Source: Thermoproteota archaeon
Lineage (GTDB): Archaea; Korarchaeota; Korarchaeia; B14-G2
Direction of reading: 5' to 3'
Assembly: GCA_037917675.1 (NCBI GenBank)
Contig: JAVCBW010000025.1
Location: 4,550-68,549, forward strand
DNA: 64,000 nucleotides
Shown one piece after another: positions 37,663 through 48,104 of this stretch. How positions within the stretch are numbered: position 1 is the stretch's first letter; every line of letters starts with the position of its first letter. The notes beneath the pieces were generated by a model, which ran no database searches, was not told the DNA's origin, and was given only the letters and a program-made list of their open reading frames with translations. A program made the position numbers and the translations under genes.

Positions 37663-38253
37663 CTACACCTCTAGCTTCTTTACCTTCTCTAAGACCTCCT
37701 CGAATGCTCTAGGCATCTCCTCTGGGAGGAGGCCTAGCCTCAGGTACCCAGAGAAAACTCTCTGGTATTTCTCTGGGCTCTTCTCTTTTAAATGCTTGGC
37801 GTAAGATGCTATATCCTCTCCTCGAATCCTATCGTCTGAGGGCAGTATCTCTGGGCTATGAGGAACTCTGCAGCCTGCATCAAGAAACCCCTTCAGAGCA
37901 GCATATACTCTGGCTCCAGGTACACTCCGATATAGGCCTATGTCTAGTATAGCCTCTGTTATACCCTTCTTTCTAGACTTTAAGCCTGCCAGGAACCCTG
38001 TTAGGTATGCGGCAGGAGTATTTGACCTAGAGTAGAGCCACCCTAACTTCTCAAGCTCCTTTGAGAAAGCCATTACTAGGGTATGGTCTCCTTCTGGACG
38101 TGCCTCAACGACTTGCACTCTGATATGCCTGTTGCTCCTCCTTACTACTAGCCTAGGCTTCCCACTTAGGAGGAGCCTATACCTCGCATAGTAGTCTGTC
38201 TTACCTTCTCTCCTTCTTCTGAACCTCACCTTGTACCTTGGCCCTCTAGCCAT
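37663..38253 (-). CDS. rpl18: 50S ribosomal protein L18
   Basis: N-terminal [16 protein letters not shown]. Confidence 0.85.
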   Translation of the reverse strand: MARGPRYKVRFRRRREGKTDYYARYRLLLSGKPRLVVRRSNRHIRVQVVEARPEGDHTLVMAFSKELEKLGWLYSRSNTPAAYLTGFLAGLKSRKKGITEAILDIGLYRSVPGARVYAALKGFLDAGCRVPHSPEILPSDDRIRGEDIASYAKHLKEKSPEKYQRVFSGYLRLGLLPEEMPRAFEEVLEKVKKLEV

Positions 38254-38264
38254 ATCCGATCTAC

Positions 38265-38729
38265 CTATATCTCTTTTAGAACCTCCTCTATGATATCTGG
38301 CTTCTGAGCCAGCCCCTCTTTTTCAATGAATAGCCTTAGGTGGTTTACGTTTCTGAACATTGATAGCCGCCTATATAGCCAGCGGTATACCCTCCTCGTT
38401 ATTATACCACGATCCCTCATTTTTCTCAGCTCCCTCCTTAGAGGCCTTATCCTCTGGATCCACCTACGCTTTCTGGGGAGCCTAGCATACATGGAGCCCT
38501 TCCTGCTACCAGGGCCTCTTTTCCTCTTCCTCGGCTTCTTAGCGTGTGCAGTACCCGACTTCTTAGGCTTCTTCCGTATTATGCCTCGCTTAGCTAGCTT
38601 TCTCATCTCCTCTCTTGTAAGAGCTTCTTCCACTAAGTTTATCCTCTCTGGATCGATCCATACCCTTGAAACACCGCAGCCAAGCACCTCTGCAGCTAAC
38701 CTCTTCTTTGTAGCTAGGTTACTCCCCAA
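38265..38729 (-). CDS. rpl19e: 50S ribosomal protein L19e
   Basis: N-terminal [21 protein letters not shown]. Confidence 0.85.
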   Translation of the reverse strand: MGSNLATKKRLAAEVLGCGVSRVWIDPERINLVEEALTREEMRKLAKRGIIRKKPKKSGTAHAKKPRKRKRGPGSRKGSMYARLPRKRRWIQRIRPLRRELRKMRDRGIITRRVYRWLYRRLSMFRNVNHLRLFIEKEGLAQKPDIIEEVLKEI

Positions 38730-39141
38730 CTTCAGCCACCTCCTTTGGCGGGTTTGCTACTAGAGCTCCCATCTTCTCGGCCTTCTCGTATATTTCAAGC
38801 TTTTTCTTAAAGCCTACAGCTCTACCTATAATTACAATGTACTTGTCAAGGTTGTCTTTGACTTTCTCTAGCTCTGAGACATTGTGTACAATGAGGGGTA
38901 TTCTCCCAGAGGGATGTAGACCTCTTATAGCCTTCATTGTCCTATAGCCTACTTTAACTAGAGCAGGTCTCCCTGATAGAGCTTTTCTATGTGGGTTGTC
39001 TAGGCCTCTAGGCCTCTTCCATCTGTCTCTCACCCTTTTGAACTTTGCTGCAGCCAGATTTGTGAAGTTTGGCTTCTTAAACCTCCTCCTGAGCCTTCTG
39101 AGCTTCGATGGTGATATGCCTGCTAAGCACACTTTTTGCAT
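38719..39141 (-). CDS. rpl32e: 50S ribosomal protein L32e
   Basis: KFKRVRDRWKRPRGLDNPHR motif. The ORF-track start at 39213 overlaps rpl6, so an internal Met near 39141 is more likely. Confidence 0.75.
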   Translation of the reverse strand: MQKVCLAGISPSKLRRLRRRFKKPNFTNLAAAKFKRVRDRWKRPRGLDNPHRKALSGRPALVKVGYRTMKAIRGLHPSGRIPLIVHNVSELEKVKDNLDKYIVIIGRAVGFKKKLEIYEKAEKMGALVANPPKEVAEVGE

Positions 39142-39142
39142 G

Positions 39143-39724
39143 CTATTCTCCCTCAACCACATAGATTCCATCTTGGAAGACTCTCGGATCCTTTCTCTTG
39201 ATCCTCGTAGCAAGCCTTATGTTAGCAGCTGTTTGGCCTACTTCCTCTGGGGATATCCCAGTTATATATAGGTAGTCTCCTTCAACTCTAATCTTAGTTT
39301 TCTCCCCAACGATTTTAGCTACTCTCGGGCTTCTTTCTCCCAGGAAGTTCTCTATTATCACAAGTCTCTTCTGCTCATCGATCTTCACCCTCATCGGGAA
39401 GTGTGAGTATGCAATTATCATCTTCTTCTGGAACCCTTCAGTTACGCCTCTTATCATATTCTTGACATGAGATCTCATCGTCTTGACTAGGGATGACGTC
39501 TTCTTCCTGACTTTATCTGTGAATATTATGAGCTCAGAGTCTACTTTCAAGACTTTGACGAGCCTAGGGTCATATTTCCTTCTAAGTGAGCCTAGTGGCC
39601 CGTTTACAATGATGTGATCCTCATGAACCTCAACCTCAACTCCTTTAGGGATCTCTAGCTTAACTAAGTCTACTAAACTTGTGTCGAGTATTGTTCCCTT
39701 AGTAGCAGTAGGCAAGGAGGACAC
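39143..39724 (-). CDS. rpl6: 50S ribosomal protein L6
   Basis: Two-domain L6 pattern. Position. Confidence 0.85.
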   Translation of the reverse strand: MSSLPTATKGTILDTSLVDLVKLEIPKGVEVEVHEDHIIVNGPLGSLRRKYDPRLVKVLKVDSELIIFTDKVRKKTSSLVKTMRSHVKNMIRGVTEGFQKKMIIAYSHFPMRVKIDEQKRLVIIENFLGERSPRVAKIVGEKTKIRVEGDYLYITGISPEEVGQTAANIRLATRIKRKDPRVFQDGIYVVEGE

Positions 39725-40091
39725 CTCCTATCCCAAGCTTCTTTGCCTCCTCGTGTGTCATGACACCTTGATCTGTTGATACTATGAGTATGCCTATGTC
39801 TCTAGCTGGGAGGTACATCTTCTCATATTGAATCCATTCACCCTTCCCAACTGAGAATCTTGGCTTGACAGCGGCTATCTTATTTATTCTCCCTGACAGT
39901 TTGACTCTATACTTTCCGAATCTCCCATCTGGTATGTACTCGAATTCAGCAATATACTCCTTTGTCTGGAGGACTCTGAGAACTCTTGTTATAAGCTTTG
40001 ATGAAACCGTTATCAGGCATTCTGTCTTCCCTAGCGCTACAGCGTTCTGGATAGTTGATAAAGCATCAGCTAGTGGATCCATTCTAGTCAA
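39699..40091 (-). CDS. rps8: 30S ribosomal protein S8
   Basis: [15 protein letters not shown]-terminus. Confidence 0.85.
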   Translation of the reverse strand: MTRMDPLADALSTIQNAVALGKTECLITVSSKLITRVLRVLQTKEYIAEFEYIPDGRFGKYRVKLSGRINKIAAVKPRFSVGKGEWIQYEKMYLPARDIGILIVSTDQGVMTHEEAKKLGIGGVLLAYCY

Positions 40092-40103
40092 GGTGCCTCA
40101 CCC

Positions 40104-40265
40104 TTAGTTGTATTTTCTCCAGCCCATCCTCTCAGCTACTTCCCTAAAGCACTGGCGGCATAGGTAGAGGCCATACTTTCTAATTATGCCACGTCCTCTT
40201 CGGCCGCAGCGTTTGCATTGAGGAGTGTCTAGAGGCTTCCCATGCTCGTCTGTGATCTTTCCCAC
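40104..40265 (-). CDS. rps14: 30S ribosomal protein S14 (zinc-binding type Z), GTG start
   Basis: 53-aa ORF missed by the ORF track: [33 protein letters not shown]. Located between rpl5 and rps8. Confidence 0.75.
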   Translation of the reverse strand: MGKITDEHGKPLDTPQCKRCGRRGRGIIRKYGLYLCRQCFREVAERMGWRKYN

Positions 40266-40267
40266 TG

Positions 40268-40816
40268 CTAACCACCTATTACCTCTATACCGAAGTTTTT
40301 CTTAAGGAAATATATAGCTTCTTCTCTGGTTATCACAGCTTTTTGAGGTATTCTTCTTCTAGCTATCTTACGTCTGGCTATCCTGTATCCAGGTCTTTCG
40401 AGAGAGACGCAAACATCCATTCCAAATATCCCTATTTTAGGATCGTATTCTACTCCTGGAATCATCAGATGCTCTTTTATACCAAAAGCAAAGTTCCCAT
40501 AGTTGTCAATGCTTGACTCCTTTATTTTATTTCCTACTGCCTGAAAAAGCCGTTTAAGCATTTCCTCAGCACGCTGGCCTCTAATAGTCACACAGCAGGC
40601 TATAGGCTCTCCCTTTCTTATGCCAAACCCTTTTATGGTCTTCTTTGCGGTCCTAACTGACGGCTTCTGGCCAGATAGTTGCTCTAGGACCTTCTTAGCT
40701 CTCTCAAGTGGGTCGCCACTTCTCCCTACGCATATGTTCAAGACTACTTTCGATAGCCGTGGGACTAGCATTGGGTTGCTTCTCCATCTTCCCTCGATTT
40801 CAGCCTCTGAAGTCAT
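40268..40816 (-). CDS. rpl5: 50S ribosomal protein L5
   Basis: L5 pattern. Position. Confidence 0.85.
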   Translation of the reverse strand: MTSEAEIEGRWRSNPMLVPRLSKVVLNICVGRSGDPLERAKKVLEQLSGQKPSVRTAKKTIKGFGIRKGEPIACCVTIRGQRAEEMLKRLFQAVGNKIKESSIDNYGNFAFGIKEHLMIPGVEYDPKIGIFGMDVCVSLERPGYRIARRKIARRRIPQKAVITREEAIYFLKKNFGIEVIGG

Positions 40817-41553
40817 GGTTCCACCTTTATCAGAGGCTTTTCTGCGCCTACAACCATTATTCTATCCTTTCTAGCATACATGGTTGCTCCATCTGCCCTC
40901 AGCTCTACTAGAGGTACTGAATATGGTTGAGGTATTATTCTATGTATTACCCCTTTGACTCCTGCTCTATCTCCTAGGAATATCATGGCTAGGTTGCCTG
41001 CTTCAGCTTTTATATGAGCCTTGACCTCCTGCTCAGGGACTGTGATTAGGAGCGAGTCTCCTATAGAGATGCTATGAGGAGGCAAGACTGAGTCAATTAT
41101 CATGTTTCTGCCATCATGGAGTGTCACCTGGAACCTGCCACTCTTCACGTTGAACTTCTTTATCACCTGGCATATCTTGAGATTGATTTCTGACCTTGGT
41201 ATTGTTATGAAGTATATTGGGTTGGCTTTGTATGGGACACATCTTAGGTAGAGTTCTTCATCTGGTATTGAGAGGGTGTCCATGAGGCCGACAGGGAACT
41301 TGTAGTCTCTCCTAGGCTTTCCATCTACAAGCACTCTTCCAGCTTTTATGACTTTCTTCGCTTCTCTTGCAGTCGAGTATAGCTTAAGGACATCTCGAAG
41401 TACAACTAGGAGAGGTATACTCAGAACCATTGGATGTGGTCCAGGAGAAGGCTTTACAATCCACTTGCTTACCTTCCTTGGGATCCTCCAGGTTTTAGGT
41501 GCGACAAGCCTCTTGAGAGTTCTTGAGCCTCCCTTCTTACCCAACTTCGCCAC
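40813..41553 (-). CDS. rps4e: 30S ribosomal protein S4e
   Basis: N-terminal [20 protein letters not shown]. Confidence 0.85.
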   Translation of the reverse strand: MAKLGKKGGSRTLKRLVAPKTWRIPRKVSKWIVKPSPGPHPMVLSIPLLVVLRDVLKLYSTAREAKKVIKAGRVLVDGKPRRDYKFPVGLMDTLSIPDEELYLRCVPYKANPIYFITIPRSEINLKICQVIKKFNVKSGRFQVTLHDGRNMIIDSVLPPHSISIGDSLLITVPEQEVKAHIKAEAGNLAMIFLGDRAGVKGVIHRIIPQPYSVPLVELRADGATMYARKDRIMVVGAEKPLIKVEP

Positions 41554-41920
41554 CTCTTCGCTCTACGATAGCTTTTCTAAACTCATCTTTTAGATTGAGC
41601 TCAGTGACCATGACTTTGGATGGGTGTATTGGTACTAAGACCTCTGAGCCATCGGTTTTCTTCCTGACAATCTTCTCCACGTATATTCGCATCCTCTTCT
41701 TGTCTACTCTGGTTATCTTCCCCTCAAACCCTGTGAACTCTCCTCTCATCACCAGAACTTTGTCGCCTGTCCTCAGAGGGATAGACCTGAATCCGTATTT
41801 CTCTCTTAGAGCTGGAGATAGTGGGGCAGACAGCAGCTTGTGTCTAAGGTGATATGGCATGTTGTATAATCTTTTCCTCTGCTTTCTAGGCTTAGATGAT
41901 ATGTCTCTTCGCAGCTTCAA
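41537..41920 (-). CDS. rpl24: 50S ribosomal protein L24
   Basis: KOW motif [18 protein letters not shown]. Confidence 0.8.
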   Translation of the reverse strand: MKLRRDISSKPRKQRKRLYNMPYHLRHKLLSAPLSPALREKYGFRSIPLRTGDKVLVMRGEFTGFEGKITRVDKKRMRIYVEKIVRKKTDGSEVLVPIHPSKVMVTELNLKDEFRKAIVERRGGEVG

Positions 41921-42346
41921 CTAGACCACCATCGAGCATACTCCAGCTATGGAGGGAAATCTCTCAACTGCTTCCCTTGCAACTGGCCCCTTTACCTCAG
42001 TTCCTCTCGGCTTTAGGTCTGCATGCACCAGGATAGCAGCATTGTCCTCAAAGACTATGGTCTCCCCAGTCTTCCTCTTGAATGGCATCTTCTGCCTTAT
42101 GATGACAGCCTTCTGAACTGTGTGCTCTAGCTCAGGTGTCCCCTCTTTGACTGTGACTACGACAAGGTCCCCTACGGCAGCTGATGCAAGCCTGTTCTTA
42201 GTTCCCTTATACCCTGTTACGCCGATGATCTGTAGGAGCTTTGCTCCTGAGTTATCAGCACACTTCACATATGCTCCTATCGGAAGCCCTCTAGCTGTCT
42301 TCAGCCTTATTTTCAGAGCTCCCTTCTTCCTCACCGACCTAGACAT
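41921..42346 (-). CDS. rpl14: 50S ribosomal protein L14
   Basis: L14 pattern (ADNSGAK..). Confidence 0.85.
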   Translation of the reverse strand: MSRSVRKKGALKIRLKTARGLPIGAYVKCADNSGAKLLQIIGVTGYKGTKNRLASAAVGDLVVVTVKEGTPELEHTVQKAVIIRQKMPFKRKTGETIVFEDNAAILVHADLKPRGTEVKGPVAREAVERFPSIAGVCSMVV

Positions 42347-42353
42347 GTTGTAG

Positions 42354-42692
42354 TCACCTTTTCTCCTTCTTGCCTATGACTACATGAGCTACAGTCTTAG
42401 CTAGTCTCCTACACTCGTGTATTATAACAGCATCACCTTCTTTTATCAAGTGATCTATGCACTGTGGGATGTGAGCATGTATCTTGCTTCTCTTCTTCTC
42501 ATACCTCTTGAATTTGGGGACATACTGTAGGTAGTGAGTCATCACTGTGCAGGTTCTAGCCATCTTCTTGGAGATGACAACACCCTCTCTCCTCCTCCCT
42601 CTGAGAGAAAGACCTCCATGAAATGGACACTTCTTGTCGTTACAAGAGGCTTTAGCATCTGGTGGAGGCTCTATCCTTGACACTATAGCCAC
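42354..42692 (-). CDS. rps17: 30S ribosomal protein S17 (GTG start)
   Basis: OB-fold S17 pattern. Position. Confidence 0.8.
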   Translation of the reverse strand: MAIVSRIEPPPDAKASCNDKKCPFHGGLSLRGRRREGVVISKKMARTCTVMTHYLQYVPKFKRYEKKRSKIHAHIPQCIDHLIKEGDAVIIHECRRLAKTVAHVVIGKKEKR

Positions 42693-42991
42693 CTCCCGTA
42701 CTTGGCTAGCCTTTTCTCTGGAGCATAAAGTAGCTTATCACCTAGCACCTTGATCTTATCACAGTGGGGTGTCTTGAATATGAATGTGACTCCTTGCTTG
42801 GGGATGATCTTCAGTCCACTGTGAGTCTTTATCTTAAATGTATTCTTCGTCTCATCTGCTATTATACCCCGCTTGCCTATTAGGCGGGGGTCACATGCAT
42901 CAGCTACCTCAACTTCTAATCCTATGAGCTCATGTGCCAGGATATTCCGTGGTGTTATCTTAGCTTTAAGCCCAGTGGGTTTAGCTAATAT
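42683..42991 (-). CDS. rnp1: RNase P protein component 1 (Rpp29/Pop4), no canonical start codon
   Basis: Open frame ILAKPTGLKAKITPRNILAHELIGLEVEV...KYGRW between rpl29 and rps17. No ATG, GTG or TTG in frame after the upstream stop. Confidence 0.5.
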   Translation of the reverse strand: MLAKPTGLKAKITPRNILAHELIGLEVEVADACDPRLIGKRGIIADETKNTFKIKTHSGLKIIPKQGVTFIFKTPHCDKIKVLGDKLLYAPEKRLAKYGRWL

Positions 42992-43191
42992 TTTAACCCC
43001 CTCTCTCTAAGAACTGTCAAAACTCTTGCTATATTCTTCCTGATGCTCTTGACAGGTAAGGCTTTCTCTGGGGGGCCACCCATTGATAGCTGTGTTCTGG
43101 CTTTAAACAGCTCTAGCTTAAGCTCATTTAGCCTCTTTATGAGGTCTTCCGTTGGCATATTTCTGAGCTCATCCATGACTTTCTTGGTCAA
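42985..43191 (-). CDS. rpl29: 50S ribosomal protein L29
   Basis: 68-aa helical protein. Position. Confidence 0.8.
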   Translation of the reverse strand: MTKKVMDELRNMPTEDLIKRLNELKLELFKARTQLSMGGPPEKALPVKSIRKNIARVLTVLRERGLKY

Positions 43192-43195
43192 GATC

Positions 43196-43870
43196 TCACC
43201 TTTCTTCCTCAGCTTGCGGCTCTTTGGTGATCATCTGGTCATATAGCACCTTTGCTCTCTCATGATCGATCTCATACTCGTCAGGCAGCCTTTCTGAGCG
43301 TAATATCTTCACCTTAACGCCTATAACACCCTGTTTAAGCATAGCTTCAGCTACGCCTTCGTCTACAAGCTCTAGTGCTGGCTGGCCGCTTTTCAGCATG
43401 ACACCGTCCCTTAGGACTAGCCTTCTAGCTCTTTCACCTGAGATCTTTCCTTTTATCCTTATTTCTGCGCCTAAGGCCCCGCTCTCCATTATCCTCCGCA
43501 GGATCAAGCTAGCAGCTCTTCTGGGCTTGTAGCCTCGCTCTATCATCCTAGCAATCCTGTTGGCAGCTATCGAAGCAACCAGATATGGTCTATCTAGCTC
43601 TATGGTCTCTATTCTCGGCGAGTTAAGCTTAAACTTCTCCTCTAGCATCCTAGATAGTCTGAGCGCATTTTTCCCATGCTTCCCTATCACTATAGATGGC
43701 CTCTCTACAGACAGAACCAGCCTATCCCTTATTGGAGCTCTTATCAGCTGAAGCTTGCTATAGCCTGCTCTCTCAAGTGCCTCCCTGAGGAACTCATCTA
43801 AGGCAACTCTCAGATATGACTCTTCAAGGACTCTCCTGACAATGCTTTTAGGCTTCTTTTCCATACTCAC
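43196..43870 (-). CDS. rps3: 30S ribosomal protein S3
   Basis: KH domain and S3 C-terminal domain pattern. Confidence 0.85.
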   Translation of the reverse strand: MSMEKKPKSIVRRVLEESYLRVALDEFLREALERAGYSKLQLIRAPIRDRLVLSVERPSIVIGKHGKNALRLSRMLEEKFKLNSPRIETIELDRPYLVASIAANRIARMIERGYKPRRAASLILRRIMESGALGAEIRIKGKISGERARRLVLRDGVMLKSGQPALELVDEGVAEAMLKQGVIGVKVKILRSERLPDEYEIDHERAKVLYDQMITKEPQAEEER

Positions 43871-44349
43871 TCTCTCTCCCTCTCAGCTAAAAGCAGCTCA
43901 ATGTGGACTAGCTGTTCTACTCTTGGTGTTGCTCTCCCAAAGGCTCTTGGGAAGTATCTGAGCAGCTTTGGACCTTTGTGAGCAGCTATCCCCTTTATGT
44001 ACAGGCTGTCTGCGTCAAGTCCCTTGTTTTCAGCACTCCATACCCCGTTTTCCAGCAGTCTTAAGATTATCTTGGAGGCCTTCACAGGATATCTTCCAGA
44101 CGGAGGAGCTTTAAGCCCCTTCCTGTGGCCGACTCCCTTAACATACCTCTTGAAGGGTATCGGCTTTCTGAGAGCTATCACATCCTCTAGGATTCTCCTA
44201 GCCTTCTCCACGCCCATTCCCTTTATGAATCTACAGAGCTCTACACACTCCTTATAGGAGACCCTCTGGTCTCTAACACTGACTCTGACCTCTGTATCTC
44301 CCGGCTCAGGTAGACAATAGCCGAAGCTCGGAGACATCGACTCCACCAC
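43867..44349 (-). CDS. rpl22: 50S ribosomal protein L22
   Basis: L22 pattern. First gene of the cluster in this window. Confidence 0.85.
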   Translation of the reverse strand: MVESMSPSFGYCLPEPGDTEVRVSVRDQRVSYKECVELCRFIKGMGVEKARRILEDVIALRKPIPFKRYVKGVGHRKGLKAPPSGRYPVKASKIILRLLENGVWSAENKGLDADSLYIKGIAAHKGPKLLRYFPRAFGRATPRVEQLVHIELLLAERERE

Positions 44350-44390
44350 TTTATGTTTAGAGAGCTGCTTACCTCTTAGCTAGAAGTAGT

Positions 44391-44771
44391 GTGACAGTAT
44401 TGCTTTTTAACTTAACTTACCCTATAAACTTGGAGCATAGTGAGGGGGGGCTCTTGAAGCTCCTGAACACAGCATGCGATCCATCATGTGAGTACTTTAG
44501 ATGTGAGAGAAGAGCAATGGTCAAGCGTAGGGGAAATCCAAGGATAATGTGCGCGTATATTGGAGACGAGTGCATGGCAGGTAGATGCCAATATGCTTTT
44601 TGTAAGTACTTCGCACTCCTTCCAAGTGGCGAGTGTAAGAGGAAGATGAAGAGTAGCAGTAAGGTGCCTGCTAAAAGAGGGAGACAGGAGCCTAAGGAAG
44701 CGAAACTTGAGGAGAAGGCTCTTAGTATGCTTAGGAAGAAGGTAGGTAGATCAGCTCCAGAGCTTGAGTAA
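44391..44771 (+). CDS. Cysteine-rich hypothetical protein with basic tail
   Basis: Ten Cys residues in about 60 aa (CDPSCEYFRCERR..CAYIGDECMAGRCQYAFCKYF..GEC) and a K/R-rich C-terminus. Confidence 0.35.
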   Translation: MTVLLFNLTYPINLEHSEGGLLKLLNTACDPSCEYFRCERRAMVKRRGNPRIMCAYIGDECMAGRCQYAFCKYFALLPSGECKRKMKSSSKVPAKRGRQEPKEAKLEEKALSMLRKKVGRSAPELE

Positions 44772-44772
44772 T

Positions 44773-45924
44773 CTATACCCTCCTCTTTTTATACAGCATC
44801 GCTAGTACAGCGTTCACAGCTACCAGGACGATGGTCATGGCAGCCATGAAGGCTGAGGTCAGCGCGCTTCTTGGAGGTTTAAGAACTACCTCATATGGCT
44901 CTATCTCAGCTCCAGTATACAGCCAGTCTATTCTACTAAACCTCAGAGAATAGGGCTTTGGGCTAACAGTTACCAGCTTGTACTCTGGTGATGGAAGCAC
45001 TAAGGATAGCTTTGCTACAGCTGGAGCCGGCAGGAACCTGAGGACCGGATTCAAAGATATCTTATACTCCCCATTTCTCTCTTCTGTAATCCCCTTCTTA
45101 ATCTTCAAGTAAATGGAGAAATCCATCATTAGAGTATAGTTGAACTCTACACCTGTGTAGATCAGATAGAGCACCTCTAGCCTCTCAATAGCAACCCCAT
45201 CAAGCTCTTCAGAGAATATCCTGTACCTTGAAGATATCCTGATGGTGTTTGTATCGCTGTCATATGCTACATCTATCTGAGAGAGCTCTCCTACCGGAAG
45301 GTAAAATCTCTTGATCAGGTTTAGAGCATGAATGTTTGTTATGCTCTCTGCCAGCTTCTCCATATATTCTCGTGGCTTAGCTCCTGCTACAGGAACTATC
45401 GCAAGACCATAGTATCCTTCAAGCCCCAATGCTGCCTCTTTAAGGAGAATAAATCCCTGGTACTCTAATGAAGGATCTTGAGCTAAAACGTATAGGGGAA
45501 AACGGATAGTTCCATTACATACTGCACTACCATCATCATCTAGGTAGATGTTGACAGCAGGATATATAGGCCTAGGCTGAGCTACAGATAATACCCCAGA
45601 GACTATGATGGTGAGAGCTATAGATGCCATCAACTTCACGAAACTACCACCGCAAGCAGTTTTATCATAAGATATTAAAAGCATTGGGCAGGGTATGATG
45701 CTGCGTTTGTAGCATTTAAATACTTTGCTACATCTCATGAAGCAAAATTTGAAGTTACTTAGGACTGGGAGAGTAGCAGAGATACTTGGAGCGAACAGGG
45801 TTACGGTGATTAGGTGGGTCAAGCAAGGTAGGATTAAGGCTGCGAGGATTGGCAGGGAGTTTAGAATTCCAGAAGATGAAGCCAGAGGGTTACTTAAAGG
45901 CAAGATTACCAACACAGCAGCCAT
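44773..45924 (-). CDS. Secreted/surface hypothetical protein with C-terminal membrane anchor
   Basis: N-terminal signal-like hydrophobic segment and a C-terminal transmembrane helix plus KKRRV. Confidence 0.4.
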   Translation of the reverse strand: MAAVLVILPLSNPLASSSGILNSLPILAALILPCLTHLITVTLFAPSISATLPVLSNFKFCFMRCSKVFKCYKRSIIPCPMLLISYDKTACGGSFVKLMASIALTIIVSGVLSVAQPRPIYPAVNIYLDDDGSAVCNGTIRFPLYVLAQDPSLEYQGFILLKEAALGLEGYYGLAIVPVAGAKPREYMEKLAESITNIHALNLIKRFYLPVGELSQIDVAYDSDTNTIRISSRYRIFSEELDGVAIERLEVLYLIYTGVEFNYTLMMDFSIYLKIKKGITEERNGEYKISLNPVLRFLPAPAVAKLSLVLPSPEYKLVTVSPKPYSLRFSRIDWLYTGAEIEPYEVVLKPPRSALTSAFMAAMTIVLVAVNAVLAMLYKKRRV

Positions 45925-46316
45925 CTGTGCAAGAGCTTCTTCATCAGGCAGAAAAAGCTATTTGGAAAAGCAAGTTGAACACTTGAAGGAGTATTGACCA
46001 GCTAAGGGATACAATGTCATTGATGTTTTAACAGGCGTTGCATCAGGTTTAAACAAAAGGCGTAGAGGATAAAAAATTGTTTGGTATGTTGTGAATGGAA
46101 AAGTTGACGTTATAGTTATTAGCTATGAGGATAAGCTTACAGGTTTAGATTCAGATATTTAGAAGAGTCCTTTAATTCTCATGAAGTTAGGATTGAGGCT
46201 GTATCTTGGTGAAGAACCTAAAAGCTTGCAACAAGAACTTATCGAAGACATGATTGCCATTGTAACCTCATTTGCTGGAGGGTTATATGGAATGAGAGGC
46301 CGCAAAAAGAAAGAAA
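45725..46316 (+). pseudogene. Degraded IS607-family serine recombinase (TnpA/OrfA) remnant
   Basis: N-terminal MerR-like HTH (RVAEILGANRVTVIRWVKQGRI). The catalytic-Ser region is mutated (ICARASSSGRK). The reading is then broken by a stop and by frame changes into AKGYNVIDVLTGVASGLN... / ...VDVIVISYEDKLTGL... / ...EDMIAIVTSFAGGLYGMRGRKKKEMIEIFK. No adjacent tnpB. Confidence 0.6.
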
Positions 46317-46480
46317 TGATTGAGATATTCAAATAAGCGGTTAGAGACTGTTAGGCTCACAGCGAGGTTTTAAGCTCTCAAACTTCTTAAGCATCTTTAT
46401 AACTTTGCTCTTCAACCTCTAGGGTAAGTATTTATCGCTTAGATAGCTTTCAATGTCTTTAAGCCTCCTCCTAACCCATC

Positions 46481-46840
46481 CTACGTCTCCGTTCTTAAGG
46501 CTAGCTTAAGCTCTCCCTCGAGCACTTTTAAATGGTATTCGTAGACGGCTTCAGGGTTTTCAACTATAACCCTTGAAGTAATCCTTAAACCCTTCCCTTT
46601 AAGGTATTCTATTTCGAGGAGCTCGTGGAAGAGCAGGTAATCGTTCGATAATGCTTCCTCGAGCGAGTAGGCGTCTTCCTCGTAGGTTTCGGCGGTTAAG
46701 TACACATAGACCTCTTCAAGGGAAACGTTAAACTTCCTCCTAACCCTCTCCGATAATTTACCTACCCGCTTCTTAAACCTCTCTCCCATATCATCTCCTG
46801 CCGCGATGACACTTACATAACTAGTAATTGGGTGACACAA
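46481..46840 (-). CDS. Hypothetical protein
   Basis: ORF only. Confidence 0.35.
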   Translation of the reverse strand: MCHPITSYVSVIAAGDDMGERFKKRVGKLSERVRRKFNVSLEEVYVYLTAETYEEDAYSLEEALSNDYLLFHELLEIEYLKGKGLRITSRVIVENPEAVYEYHLKVLEGELKLALRTET

Positions 46841-46904
46841 AAGTTATAGATGTGGCGGCGGCTCGCAAAAGCTATAAATACAGTGGAAAACCGAAACGAT
46901 TTCT

Positions 46905-48050
46905 GTGAGAGTGCTGATAGTCTCCACGTATCCTCCACAGAGATGTGGCATTGCAGAGTACACTAAGGCCTTAGCTAGAGAGCTGTCTGAGAAGCATAAT
47001 GTTGAAGTCGCGGTGTTTGCTGAGAAGAGGGAGTGGATCAAAAAGCAAGTGACATTGGATAGTGGAGTGCTTGTAGTTAGAGGCTGGAGTAGGAATGGTA
47101 GAGTAGATTTACTTAGAGCCTTAAGATTACTTGTCTCCTTTAGGCCAGACATAGTACATATCCAACATGAGTATGGGCTCTTTAGGAATAGAGTAGCATT
47201 CATATTAAGTCTCCTCTTCCTCAAGCTTTTGAGAATCAAAGTTGTTATAACATTTCACACAGTATGTGATGTTTCGCAGATGATTAGAAAGAGAATAAAG
47301 CCTACTTGGGATAAAGTGGTCAGTAAACTAGCTGATGCAGCAGTAGTGCATACTAGGCAATCAGCTAGGCTTCTGAGAGCATATGGGTGGGATAGGAATA
47401 AGTGTGCTGTGATAAAGCATGGAGCCATTGAGGTGAGGAGTATTGAAGACGAGGAGAACCATAAAGAGGTGAATATACTATTTATGGGGTTCATAACCCC
47501 CAGGAAAGGCATCGAACTCATCATAGATGCGCTTTCGAAGCTTAGAGAAGATGGTGTTGGAAACTGGTTTTTTACTGTAGCAGGCTCCCTCCATCCAGCT
47601 TCTCTGAGGAGAGACCTACCATATCTGAGAACTTTGATGGAAAGGACAGCTAAGCTCAACTTAGAGGAAAAAGTAAAGTTCATAATCGAATACTTGAGCC
47701 ATGATAAAATAGGAGAGCTGCTAAGGAAAGCTGACATAGTCGTGCTACCCTATAGGGAACTATATGGTGCAAGTGGCATCTTGAGGCTTGCAGCATCATA
47801 TAGGAAGCTTGTAATCGTATCTGATGTCGGAGAGCTCTCAGAGGAGGTAGTGGATATGGTGAATGGGTTAATATTCAAGGCAGGAGACTCAGAGGAGCTT
47901 ACTAGGAAGCTTAAGCTGGCTATCTTAGATGGAAACCTGAGGAGAAAGCTTGGACGACAGTTATATGCTACTGTAGCTGCTAGAAGCACCTGGAGAAACA
48001 TGGCTGAGCTGACTATGGATGTCTATGAGAGAGTTCTCACAGGAGGCTAG
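46905..48050 (+). CDS. Glycosyltransferase, GT4 (group 1) family
   Basis: GT-B pattern with a C-terminal E-x7-E-like donor-binding region. 381 aa. Confidence 0.75.
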   Translation: MRVLIVSTYPPQRCGIAEYTKALARELSEKHNVEVAVFAEKREWIKKQVTLDSGVLVVRGWSRNGRVDLLRALRLLVSFRPDIVHIQHEYGLFRNRVAFILSLLFLKLLRIKVVITFHTVCDVSQMIRKRIKPTWDKVVSKLADAAVVHTRQSARLLRAYGWDRNKCAVIKHGAIEVRSIEDEENHKEVNILFMGFITPRKGIELIIDALSKLREDGVGNWFFTVAGSLHPASLRRDLPYLRTLMERTAKLNLEEKVKFIIEYLSHDKIGELLRKADIVVLPYRELYGASGILRLAASYRKLVIVSDVGELSEEVVDMVNGLIFKAGDSEELTRKLKLAILDGNLRRKLGRQLYATVAARSTWRNMAELTMDVYERVLTGG

Positions 48051-48104
48051 CATGACAGACTGCAAGGTTTTAATTGTAGCGAGCAAGATAGCTTATGATC
48101 AGCT

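Noticed and set aside
46844-48001. Minus-strand ORFs of 131, 160 and 83 aa
   Set aside because: They are antisense to the well-supported GT4 glycosyltransferase gene.
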